Both the position numbers and the translations under genes were made by a program. The notes below the pieces were generated by a model. That model did not search any database. It worked only from the letters and a program-made list of their open reading frames with translations, and was not told where the DNA came from. Shown here in pieces: positions 8,648 to 17,772 of a DNA stretch of 64,000 nt (positions within the stretch are counted from its first letter, which is position 1; each line of letters opens with the position of its first letter). This DNA comes from Spirulina sp. (GTDB lineage Bacteria > Cyanobacteriota > Cyanobacteriia > Phormidesmidales > Phormidesmidaceae): contig JBIPSI010000015.1 in NCBI GenBank assembly GCA_044070495.1, forward strand, positions 1 to 64,000, read 5' to 3'.

Positions 8648-9133
8648 ATGGCCACATCACTAGAACGAATGGAAGACGACGTACAGGCAATGATCGACGG
8701 CATGGTTAAAGAGGCTCTATCCCGACTGGATCATCAAATCGTCTTGATAGATGACCGCGCCAAACTGCTTGAGCGAATCGAGAAGATTGAGCAGTTCATT
8801 ACCAACCTGGGGCCACTGGCCAAACTCTCCGAGCGTCTGGCCGAGTGTGAAAGACTGCTGACCTGCTGGAGCCTCGACACTGAGAAGAACGAGGCAAATG
8901 TAGAGGCGCTCATCAGCGAAACCAAGCTTATTAGCAAGCGCATCGAAGGGCTGGAGAACTTCGCCGAGCAACAAGCATTGAAAAATGCTGAGATCGTGGC
9001 CCAGCGAGACACCCTAGACGAGCAGGCCGAAATGTTGCTGTACCTAGAAGGCCGGATCGACACCATCCGTAACCACATCGCCGAGCCACCCGCCGAAACC
9101 GCCGCCATGGCCCTGTACGGAGGTGAACAGTAA
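8648..9133 (+). CDS. Coiled-coil hypothetical protein
   Basis: 161-aa Glu/Leu-rich helical ORF with an AGGAG ribosome-binding site. Confidence 0.8.
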   Translation: MATSLERMEDDVQAMIDGMVKEALSRLDHQIVLIDDRAKLLERIEKIEQFITNLGPLAKLSERLAECERLLTCWSLDTEKNEANVEALISETKLISKRIEGLENFAEQQALKNAEIVAQRDTLDEQAEMLLYLEGRIDTIRNHIAEPPAETAAMALYGGEQ

Positions 9134-9339
9134 TGACTGCTTTATATGGCCACACCACCACCCCCCAAGAACGATTACTCAGCGAGATTTTGCAACGGGC
9201 CGCACGGCTACCGCTAAAGGATTTGACATTCCTTTGCGAGACTGCCAACGCCCTGTATGAAAAGCGCATTGAAGCTGAGATGCGCGTGGCGGAATTTGCC
9301 ACCCAACAGCCCCCAGAACCAGACCCCCACGGGGTTTGA
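9133..9339 (+). CDS. Small hypothetical protein
   Basis: 68-aa ORF with a GGAGG ribosome-binding site and TAATG coupling. Confidence 0.7.
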   Translation: MTALYGHTTTPQERLLSEILQRAARLPLKDLTFLCETANALYEKRIEAEMRVAEFATQQPPEPDPHGV

Positions 9340-9350
9340 TTGCCCATTTC

Positions 9351-9377
9351 AAAAGAGCCTACCGAGGCTCTTTTTTT
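9351..9377 (+). terminator. Intrinsic terminator directly upstream of the replicase gene
   Basis: AAAAGAGCCT-ACCG-AGGCTCTTTTTTT. Confidence 0.75.
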
Positions 9378-9398
9378 GTTGTTTATTAAGGAAATCTA

Positions 9399-11699
9399 AT
9401 GGTTTTCAATATTGCTGAACACATCGAATTTGATGCCAAGGGCCGCGCCGCCTGCCCTAGTTGCGCCCTGGAGGGGAAAGCCAAAAACAAAAATTTGAGC
9501 TTGCTAGAAACTGGGGCATACAAATGCTTTAGGGGCTGTACTCCGAAGCAAATCAGGGAAGCCATGGGGGCGGGGCCAGTGCAGACGGTTCCACCGCCGC
9601 CAACCACCACCAAGGCGGCTAAGGCGACCGTCACCCCGCAAAAGGTAAAAGAGGCTACCGAGCGCCTGCTAAACCAGAGCACCCACGCCCTACGCTGGCT
9701 GACAGACCGGGGCATTTCCTCGGAGATGATCGAGCACTACCGCCTGGGCGTGGGGCGGCTGAAGGTGACGCACGAGGGGAAATCGGGCTACGTGCCCAGC
9801 ATCATCGTGCCGATTCCTACCGCAGACCGCACCGCCTATTACCAAAAGAAGCGCACCGCCCCCTGGGTGAAGGGCGACGAACGGCCCGACCATTGGCCCA
9901 CCTGGAGCCAGTACGGCATCCCCCAGATGGTGCTCACCACCCATCAGCCAGAAAGCCCTACTCAGACGTGGCTGTGTGAGGGGGAATGGGACGCGATCAT
10001 GCTGGGCTGGGCTGTACGTCATTCGAGCCTAAAAAATGACGTACAGGTCTCATGCTTCACCTGTGGGGCGGGGAATGTGCCCCCAGAAACCGAGCTGGCC
10101 AGACTAAAGGGGGATGTCATCACTTGGTATGACCGGGACGAAGCCGGGGCCAAGGGGGCGCATAAAGTGCAAGCCCGGTTAACCGAGCGCTGCAAGGTAG
10201 CCACCGTTCCCGCCGTCGATGCCCCTACCGGGTGGGATGTTTCTGACGCGATCAACGCGGGGCTATTCGAGCAATTCGCCGCCGCCGTCGTCGAGGCCGC
10301 GCCCTGGGAACCGCCCAAGCAGGATAATCCCCTCCGTGAGCGCCTGGTGAGTAACGATGACATGATCGCCCGCGCTGCCGACTACACCGACTGGCTAGTT
10401 GAAGACATTTTGACCACGGATGAGCTGTTTTTGTTGGCGGCCTCGCCCAGGGCCGGGAAGTCACTGCTTGCCCTCACCCTCACCCAGGCGGTGGCCACCG
10501 GAGGAAAATTCTTGGGCAGGCCCGTGGCCCAGGGCGCGGTGCTGTATATCCGCTGTGAGGATAGCGAATCCAAAACCAAGGAAAGGCAGCTCAAACAGGG
10601 CTGGGGTGAAGGCTTGCCCGTCTACTGGCTAGACCGCTTCAAACTGAGTGAGCTGAACCACCTAGAGCACCTGGTAGAGGAACTGAACATCAGTCTAGTG
10701 GTGTTCGACACCCTCAGCCGGGTAAGGGATGCCAACATCAGCGAATCATCCGCCGAAATGTCCCAGCTCCTAGAACCGCTTCAGGAGATGTGCAAGCGCC
10801 AACGGTGTTGCGGCATCCTGGTGCACCACACGGGCAAGGTGAGCACCGACAACGCAGGAACCATCAGCGTTTTCGACACCATCCGGGGCAGTAGCGCTAT
10901 CCGGGCCACCTGCCGGGGCGTGCTCATCCTCGCCGCTGACGACCGCTCCTATCGGCTGTACGTGGAAAACGGCTGGGGCAAGCTCGATCTACAAGTGCTG
11001 CTCGATGCCCACACCTTGCAATGGCGGTTGATCGGCAACTGGGTAGGGCCAAACGTGGATCTACCCCAGAAAGACCGGGTGTTGAATTACTTGGGCCAAG
11101 TGGGCAAAGCCACGATTGACCAGATTTCAGAGGCCACAAACCTGCCGAAACGCTCTCTATACGAGGTTTTGAAGCGTTTGCAGGCCGACGAGATGATCGA
11201 AAAGCACGGCTCAAGGCAAGCGTCAATTTACGTTAAGAGCGCAATTCAACAGATTCAACAGTTGAATAGCCTGTTGAATTGCCAGGATACAGACAGAGAG
11301 ATAATTTCAGCCTCTATTCAACAACTTCCTGAGAGTGCCTCACCCCCGGAAAAAGTGATCATCGAACCTGAAAGTGATCAAAAAAATGATCACTTTCCTG
11401 ATTCAACACCTACCCCCCACACCCAGGAAACTGTTGACAAATCCGCCCAAAACCAGGCACAGCAAGGCCTTTGGGATTCAACAGCAATTCAACACGATTC
11501 AACAACCCATTCAACAGGGCATTCAACAGGCACTATCCCCCCTGGGTTTGCAGTCGGTTGCATCGTGGGCAAGGCTGGTAAATTCGGCTGGCGGGGCAAG
11601 CTGACGGGCACCTTTAGCACCATGGCCCTGGTGCATTGGCATGGCGACCCCAAGGACTCCCCAGTGAGCTGGAATGAGCTAGAGGTACTGGAGGGATGA
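9399..11699 (+). CDS. Primase-helicase (Zn finger, TOPRIM, RepA/AAA_25 helicase, wHTH)
   Basis: CPSC...CFRGC; LCEGEWDAI and WYDRD; Walker A ASPRAGKS; Walker B LVVFD; VHHTGK and RGSSAI; HTH TIDQISEATNLPKRSLYEVLKRL. Confidence 0.88.
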   Translation: MVFNIAEHIEFDAKGRAACPSCALEGKAKNKNLSLLETGAYKCFRGCTPKQIREAMGAGPVQTVPPPPTTTKAAKATVTPQKVKEATERLLNQSTHALRWLTDRGISSEMIEHYRLGVGRLKVTHEGKSGYVPSIIVPIPTADRTAYYQKKRTAPWVKGDERPDHWPTWSQYGIPQMVLTTHQPESPTQTWLCEGEWDAIMLGWAVRHSSLKNDVQVSCFTCGAGNVPPETELARLKGDVITWYDRDEAGAKGAHKVQARLTERCKVATVPAVDAPTGWDVSDAINAGLFEQFAAAVVEAAPWEPPKQDNPLRERLVSNDDMIARAADYTDWLVEDILTTDELFLLAASPRAGKSLLALTLTQAVATGGKFLGRPVAQGAVLYIRCEDSESKTKERQLKQGWGEGLPVYWLDRFKLSELNHLEHLVEELNISLVVFDTLSRVRDANISESSAEMSQLLEPLQEMCKRQRCCGILVHHTGKVSTDNAGTISVFDTIRGSSAIRATCRGVLILAADDRSYRLYVENGWGKLDLQVLLDAHTLQWRLIGNWVGPNVDLPQKDRVLNYLGQVGKATIDQISEATNLPKRSLYEVLKRLQADEMIEKHGSRQASIYVKSAIQQIQQLNSLLNCQDTDREIISASIQQLPESASPPEKVIIEPESDQKNDHFPDSTPTPHTQETVDKSAQNQAQQGLWDSTAIQHDSTTHSTGHSTGTIPPGFAVGCIVGKAGKFGWRGKLTGTFSTMALVHWHGDPKDSPVSWNELEVLEG
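11244..11528. repeat. Iteron-like ATTCAACA cluster, putative replication origin
   Basis: Nine direct copies plus an inverted copy, and three AAAGTGATCA motifs. Confidence 0.7.
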
Positions 11700-12598
11700 A
11701 CCGCGCCGTATCCCTTCGGAGGTGGGTGAAGCTGTGGCAGCTCTATGCCGGATTCCGGCAAGGGCAGATCGCCCCCTCCACCTACCGAAGGGATTACCTG
11801 AAAATTGAGCGCAGACTGAAGAAACTGAAAAAAGACGCCCCCCACCTGGGGAACGCCATCGCCGTTAGGGATTATCTGATCGAGCACTACGCCGCCGATA
11901 CGGCCCGTAGGACGCTCCAACAACTCAACGCCTGTGGGAAGTGGGCCATGGAATCAGAGCTGGTTAAATCGAACCCCTGGGAAGGCATCCAGAAACACAT
12001 CAAGCGGCCACCCCCAGGGCCAGACAACTGGGCCGCCTTCACCGCCAAAGAGCGCGATCACATCATCGCCGCCTTCGAGGCGCGACACCCCCACCTAGCC
12101 CCATGGCCCAAATTCTTGTTCTGGACAGGTTGCAGGCCAGAGGAGGCCGCCGCCCTGCGGTGGGAGCATATCGCCGCCGACTACTCCGAAATCCAGTTTC
12201 GAGAGGCGCGGCCTGTGGATGTGGGAATCACCCAGGCCACCAAAAACCATCGGGTAACCCGCTTCCCCTGCAATGCCAGATTGCAAAAACTGCTGCAATC
12301 CCTCGCAGACGGCGGCGAAAATGACCGTAGCAGTTGGGTGCTGAAAGGCCCAAAGGGTGGGCCTTTCAGCTATCAAAATTTCCAGTCCCGCTACTGGCGA
12401 CCGCTGGTGCAAGACCTGGTGCAGAGCGGAGCCGTGGCCATTGAGCTAAGCCAATATCATTGCCGCCACACCTGGATCACCTTGGCCCTGGATCACCTAC
12501 CCCCCCAAGATGTGAGCTACCTGGCCCGGGTGAGCGTAGATGTGATCTACCGCCACTATGTTGGTCGGAACCGGGTGATCGTCATCCCAGAATTTTGA
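11696..12598 (+). CDS. Tyrosine recombinase/integrase
   Basis: FWTGCRPEEAAALRW, TKN, YHCRHTWIT and IYRHY motifs; adjacent to the att/tRNA. Confidence 0.9.
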   Translation: MNRAVSLRRWVKLWQLYAGFRQGQIAPSTYRRDYLKIERRLKKLKKDAPHLGNAIAVRDYLIEHYAADTARRTLQQLNACGKWAMESELVKSNPWEGIQKHIKRPPPGPDNWAAFTAKERDHIIAAFEARHPHLAPWPKFLFWTGCRPEEAAALRWEHIAADYSEIQFREARPVDVGITQATKNHRVTRFPCNARLQKLLQSLADGGENDRSSWVLKGPKGGPFSYQNFQSRYWRPLVQDLVQSGAVAIELSQYHCRHTWITLALDHLPPQDVSYLARVSVDVIYRHYVGRNRVIVIPEF

Positions 12599-12769
12599 CC
12601 GTGGACTAAGTCTGGACTAGCGGCCACAACTGGCACACAGCAAAACCCCCCGATCTAACCTTCCCCCAGGCCCTCAAAACCTGATTCCCTCGTTGAGTAG
12701 TTGCGTCACCATGCAACCAATCGTTACCCGGAATTTGGGAAAATCCGACAGGCGTAGGGGCTAGAATGA

Positions 12770-12842
<73 letters not shown>

Positions 12843-13046
12843 TTGGCTGTTTTTTCAGCGCTTACATAAGATAGCAAGCTAGGGTCATCCCTGACAAGAT
12901 CGTTTTTTCAAAAACATGAATTTTGTTGGCAAAGGGGCCGCATGGGGCAGGAAATCTCCGTTCTGTGCAACGAATTTGAGTCAGCCCTGATCTGGGTTGA
13001 GGAATCCCCATGCGGCCCCATCACCAGAGGGCATGACGGGGGCGAC

Positions 13047-13493
13047 CTAGGGCACTTCGCGCAGGCGAGCCACCTTGAGGAAAAAGCTACCTTCCCCCTG
13101 TCCGGCGTAGGCCCGAATGCGGACGGTGTAGGTGCCAGATTGGGTGATGCGGGCGAACAGCAGAGAGTTGGTGGTGCCGTCGGGGCCGTCGTCGTTTTCG
13201 CTAATGGTGGATCCGTCTGCGCCAATGAGGGCCACCATGGTATCAAACTCGTCGGACATCACATCGATGGCCACCTGATCGCCAGCCTCTAGGCGCACGG
13301 TGTAGTCCCTAGCGAAGCCGCCAAAGCCGGTGGGAATGTCGCGGTTGGAGAGGGTGTCGTTGATTTCCCGTGAGGCGGGTAGGGGAATGGGTGAATACAT
13401 CTGTTGGGCCTGGGCGCGGAGGCCAGTTCCGGCAATTAGGAAAACCGTGGCCGGAAGCAACAGGCTGTGGCGCAATAAAGAGGTGGCTCGCAT
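13047..13493 (-). CDS. PPC (pre-peptidase C-terminal) domain secreted protein
   Basis: Signal peptide; DYTVRLEAGDQVAID...ENDD...GTYTVRI. Confidence 0.85.
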   Translation of the reverse strand: MRATSLLRHSLLLPATVFLIAGTGLRAQAQQMYSPIPLPASREINDTLSNRDIPTGFGGFARDYTVRLEAGDQVAIDVMSDEFDTMVALIGADGSTISENDDGPDGTTNSLLFARITQSGTYTVRIRAYAGQGEGSFFLKVARLREVP

Positions 13494-13777
13494 AGCTTAA
13501 GGGTGTAAAGGGATGGAACTCTGGCAACAAGGGGTGTATTCCCGCTGATCACGTCTGCGATGCGCTCCACCGCAGGCATTCGGTGCAAAGGAGAGACCTT
13601 TGCTGCCCATTATGGCCTAGGTTTTGGGCGGTTTCCGGAAAAATCAAGGTGTTTGTTAGATTTCGCGACAGAAGGACGCCATAAGAGATTCTGGGGATCC
13701 TAGGGAACAGATCCCAGGGTTCTCCCTCAGCGGATGCCTCCAGGGTGGATTGTGGGCTTCAGCACCCTGAGATCGCC

Positions 13778-14005
13778 CTAGGCTTTGGGGGCGTCGGGTT
13801 TGTAGTAGTCGTTGGTTTGGGGAGGCTGGTTGCCGCCGGACGGGTTGATGCAGCCTGCCTTTTGCACGTACTGGCAGACACGGGCATAGAGTCTTGCACG
13901 GGTGCCGGGGGGGCCAGCGGAAAATAGGACGCGATCTCCGCCCACCACGCCAACTAAAATTTTGACACCACAGACCGGACAAGTTTGAGGATTGGGGCCA
14001 GCCAT
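13778..14005 (-). CDS. Small Cys-containing hypothetical protein
   Basis: QTCPVCGVKI...LYARVCQY...GCIN. Confidence 0.65.
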   Translation of the reverse strand: MAGPNPQTCPVCGVKILVGVVGGDRVLFSAGPPGTRARLYARVCQYVQKAGCINPSGGNQPPQTNDYYKPDAPKA

Positions 14006-14064
14006 CACCGAACTCCTGTCGAGCAACACCATGGAACACCATGGCCACGGTTATGGATCTTGCC

Positions 14065-15120
14065 CTAGGGGCCATGGACTGACTGCACCATAGCAAGATC
14101 TGGGTCGAACCTGATCGAGGTCTGGGGCAAATTCTCGGTCTGAGACTGGGGCGAAGGCTGGGCGAGGGTACTCAACCGTTGTCGCCATTGCCGTACTAGA
14201 GCTTGTAGCGGAGCCGAGAGCCAGTCGTCGTACCGGGGATAGACGGGCAAGCGAGGGCGCAGAGACCAGCCTGCGGGGCTAATAACCCGTTGCAGACCAT
14301 CGGCGGTGGGATGGTCGTAGTCGGGGTTGACTTCATCAATGGGGCTAAGGCCACCCAGATCCCGTGCTCCGGCGGCAAGGCAGGCCAGCAGATCGGCCCG
14401 ATTGACGAGATTCGGGGGAATTTGCAGGGCGATATCCGGCGGCAAAAGCTGTTTCGCCAAGGTCACCGCCCGGATCAACGCTTCCCCCACCAGGGCTTGG
14501 CCCTGCACAGACTGCCGCTGACCAGGGCTGTGGGGTTGCAAAATCACCTCTTGGATATGGCCGTAGCGCTGGTGCAGGGCCGCAATTGCCCGCAGAGACT
14601 CGACCCAGTCGGCCTCGGTTTCCCCTAGGCCCAGCAGCAGCCCCGTTGTAAAGGGAATGCCCAATTCTCCGGCCCAGGCCAGTTGTTGCAGGCGCACCTC
14701 TGGGCGTTTGCTGGGAGCGTGGCGATGCACCGTTTTCAGCAAAGCGGGGGTGATCTGCTCCACCATCAACCCCATGGATACATTCACCTGTCCCAACTGG
14801 GCCATTTCCTCGCGGAGGAGGGGGCCAGCATTGGTGTGGGGTAGCAGCCCTGCCTCTAGGGCCAGTTCACATATTTGGTAAATATGGCGAAACCAGGCCG
14901 CTCGCCGGGGGCTGTGGGGGGATACTTCGCCGCTCAGCACCAACACCTCGGCCACGCCGCGCCGATGCAGTTGGGGCAGCACATCTTGCACTGTATCTAG
15001 CCCTAGCCAGGGCGATGCCCCCGGATCTTGGCGAAAGTTGCAGTAGGTGCAGCGGTTAAAGCACTCGTAGGTGGGCACCAGGGTATGGGCGGGGCTGTAG
15101 GTGATGGGGTCAAGGGACAT
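14065..15120 (-). CDS. cofG: FO synthase subunit CofG (radical SAM)
   Basis: ITYSPAHTLVPTYECFNRCTYC, PHTNAG, PFTTGLL and EVILQP; start estimated. Confidence 0.9.
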   Translation of the reverse strand: MSLDPITYSPAHTLVPTYECFNRCTYCNFRQDPGASPWLGLDTVQDVLPQLHRRGVAEVLVLSGEVSPHSPRRAAWFRHIYQICELALEAGLLPHTNAGPLLREEMAQLGQVNVSMGLMVEQITPALLKTVHRHAPSKRPEVRLQQLAWAGELGIPFTTGLLLGLGETEADWVESLRAIAALHQRYGHIQEVILQPHSPGQRQSVQGQALVGEALIRAVTLAKQLLPPDIALQIPPNLVNRADLLACLAAGARDLGGLSPIDEVNPDYDHPTADGLQRVISPAGWSLRPRLPVYPRYDDWLSAPLQALVRQWRQRLSTLAQPSPQSQTENLPQTSIRFDPDLAMVQSVHGP

Positions 15121-15423
15121 CGTGATGCGGCGGCGGAGAGGAACAGGGGCGTAGAAGACGTTCATACCCAGAACAGGTGAGGAATCAAGGAATTGCGACC
15201 CATTGTGAGACATCACAACGGACAAAATCCGTGCAATCACAGAGGCTCGATCTGAATCATGGCGCAAAACAGCCTTAATTTCAGTGTATTCACCTGTGAT
15301 TCGTGCGTTCTTTCAGGGCATTCAAAGTCTAATGCTGCCATTGAAATAGCTGTTGTTCCATCGTTGTCGTTGCGTGATTCGCAGCAGCTATTTTTTAGGA
15401 TCGGCCTGGGGCCGAAATAGACA

Positions 15424-16050
15424 ATGAAATATTTTCTGAAGGTAGCGGCGATCAGTGTTTTGAGCACCGTCGGGCTAGCCATGGTGCCAGAAGCAGTGAC
15501 CGCCCAGGTTGCTGGTGCAGAAGAATGCGACAGCTTTAGCTACATGCAAACCGCCGATGGTACCTGCATTGATTTAACCTACATGAGTGCCAGCATTGAT
15601 CCCCTGCGATCTTCCCAAGGGATGGGATCTTCCCCATTAATTCGTCGTTTTATGGCTGCCCTCGACAGGTTGGATATTCCGGTTCAGCACAAAAACTGCG
15701 ATCCAGGTTTATACGGATCGTACAACTATGCCAGGAATGAAATGATGCTCTGTCAAAATAATCTTAAAAACAATGAGAGTGAGTATATTGCGACTCTAGC
15801 CCATGAATCTTGGCATCTTGTACAAGACTATATCGCAGGGATAGATAATGCCACGATTATCCCTGTAACGCTGGGATCGGGGGACTATGAGGTCTTTTCA
15901 GATATTGTTGCCAGTCTCGATTTTGACACAGTTGCCAATATTTTAGAAAGCTACGATGGCGAGGATCATCCCTTTGAGGTAGAAGCCTTTTTTATGGAAG
16001 ATCGTCCAGAATCCGTCGTGGAAGTGCTGGAGTCCTTTGCTGCCTTGTAG
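15424..16050 (+). CDS. Secreted HExxH zinc-metallopeptidase-like protein
   Basis: Signal peptide; TLAHESWHLVQD and a downstream EVEA; lower GC than neighbours. Confidence 0.7.
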   Translation: MKYFLKVAAISVLSTVGLAMVPEAVTAQVAGAEECDSFSYMQTADGTCIDLTYMSASIDPLRSSQGMGSSPLIRRFMAALDRLDIPVQHKNCDPGLYGSYNYARNEMMLCQNNLKNNESEYIATLAHESWHLVQDYIAGIDNATIIPVTLGSGDYEVFSDIVASLDFDTVANILESYDGEDHPFEVEAFFMEDRPESVVEVLESFAAL

Positions 16051-16133
16051 GCGACGGCCCACGGCAGGAGGCAAGCGAATCGCAAAGTTTTGTAACACAA
16101 TAGAGGGGTACCAACCAGATAGCGTGGAACACG

Positions 16134-17540
16134 ATGACGGCAACCCCCATCAAACCGGATGCTTTGTTGGCCCCAACCACTGAGGGTTTACCAGCGGGTG
16201 GGCCAGATCCAAACCGCTTTGAGGTGGCGGAGGCCTGGTATCCCGTGGCCTACGTGGAGGATTTGGACAAGGCGTTGCCCACCCGTTTTACGCTGCTAGA
16301 TCGGGGGATTGTGATCTGGTGGGATCCGAAGGGGGAGTGCTGGCGCGTGTTTGAGGACAAATGTCCCCACCGCCTTGCGCCGTTGTCTGAGGGGCGGGTG
16401 AACGAGGCGGGACGGTTGGAATGCCCGTACCATGGCTGGGCTTTTTCGGGCGATGGCACCTGTGAACACATTCCCCAGCAAGCTCCTGATACGGAAGCCC
16501 AGCGATCTCAACGGGCCTGTGCCCTCGCGCTTCCCGCTACGGTGAGGCAGGGGCTTTTGTTTGTGTACCCCGGCGATGCCAGCCGTGCGCCCCAGGTGGA
16601 GGTGCCGATCATTGGCCCTGTGGAGGACGAACCCGACGGTTGGGTGCTCCTCAACACCTTCCGAGACCTGCCCTACGATGCCCTCACCCTGCTCGAAAAC
16701 GTCCTAGATGCCAGCCATATTCCCTACACCCACCACAAAACCGTGGGCAATCGGGAGAACGCCGCACCCATGGAAATGGAGGTGATCGCATCCTCGAAAC
16801 AGGGGTTTCAGGGGCTTTGGCCAGAGGGGCCACGGAAAGGAAAATTGGGCACCCAACGCACCACCTTTGTTGCGCCCTGCCTGATGTACCACGACCTCAC
16901 CTCAAAGCAGTTTGGCCGCACCCTCACCGTGGTCTACGCCACCCCCATTCGCAAGGGAGAATGTCGGCTGTTTGCTCGGTTTCCCTTCAAGTTTTCCGCC
17001 AAGCTGCCGGGGCTGTTTATTAAGCTCACCCCCCGCTGGTTTAGCCACATCGGCAACAACGGCGTGCTAGAAGATGACCAAATTTTTCTGCACATTCAAG
17101 AGCGCGAACTGGAGAAGGCCGGAACCAAGCCCTACGCCCAGGCCTGCTATCTGCCCACCCAGGCGGATCGCTACGTGCTGGCCTACCGCAAGTGGTTGAG
17201 CGATTTCCAGGCCGATCCCTTCCCTGGGCAAACCCTGCCGCCAGAAATGACCAAGGCTGCTTTGTTAGATCGCTACCAGTCCCATACCCAGCATTGCCGC
17301 AGTTGTCGGGAAGCTCTGCAACGCATCAAGACCATCCGTACCGGGCTGATGATCACGAGTGCGGTCACCTGGTCGCTGATTCCCGTAACCATTGCCCTCG
17401 CCGGAAGCTTCTCCCCCCTCAGCGGCGCACTGTTAACGGGCCTTCCCCTCATCGCTGGAGGGCTGTGGCTCTGGCTAGGCCGTATCCAGCGCCAATTTTA
17501 CGAAGGCCGCGCCCTTCCACCCCGTAATCGCCCCAAGTAG
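16134..17540 (+). CDS. Rieske oxygenase, pheophorbide a oxygenase family
   Basis: CPHRLAPLS..CPYHGW, ENVLDASHIPYTH and a C-terminal HCRSC plus TM segments. Confidence 0.9.
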   Translation: MTATPIKPDALLAPTTEGLPAGGPDPNRFEVAEAWYPVAYVEDLDKALPTRFTLLDRGIVIWWDPKGECWRVFEDKCPHRLAPLSEGRVNEAGRLECPYHGWAFSGDGTCEHIPQQAPDTEAQRSQRACALALPATVRQGLLFVYPGDASRAPQVEVPIIGPVEDEPDGWVLLNTFRDLPYDALTLLENVLDASHIPYTHHKTVGNRENAAPMEMEVIASSKQGFQGLWPEGPRKGKLGTQRTTFVAPCLMYHDLTSKQFGRTLTVVYATPIRKGECRLFARFPFKFSAKLPGLFIKLTPRWFSHIGNNGVLEDDQIFLHIQERELEKAGTKPYAQACYLPTQADRYVLAYRKWLSDFQADPFPGQTLPPEMTKAALLDRYQSHTQHCRSCREALQRIKTIRTGLMITSAVTWSLIPVTIALAGSFSPLSGALLTGLPLIAGGLWLWLGRIQRQFYEGRALPPRNRPK

Positions 17541-17772
17541 GCGTAGGAGGCATTCGCGGCTACCCTCCTACATCGCCACGCCCTAATCGCGTTGATGAGC
17601 CGCAATGCACCAACAGGAGATTGAGAATAACCGCTCAGGACTGGGCATCAGAGCTACAAACGTAACGCCTTAGCAACGCTGGGCTTATCTAGCACTGAGG
17701 TTTTGGTAGTATGGACACCCAGCGCTTCGCAACCTCCGCGATGGCGCATTCCATCCTTGAGACCATTTTGCC

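Noticed and set aside
11244..11528. CRISPR array
   Set aside because: The repeats are 8 bp with irregular short spacing inside a CDS; I saw no repeat-spacer array anywhere in the window.
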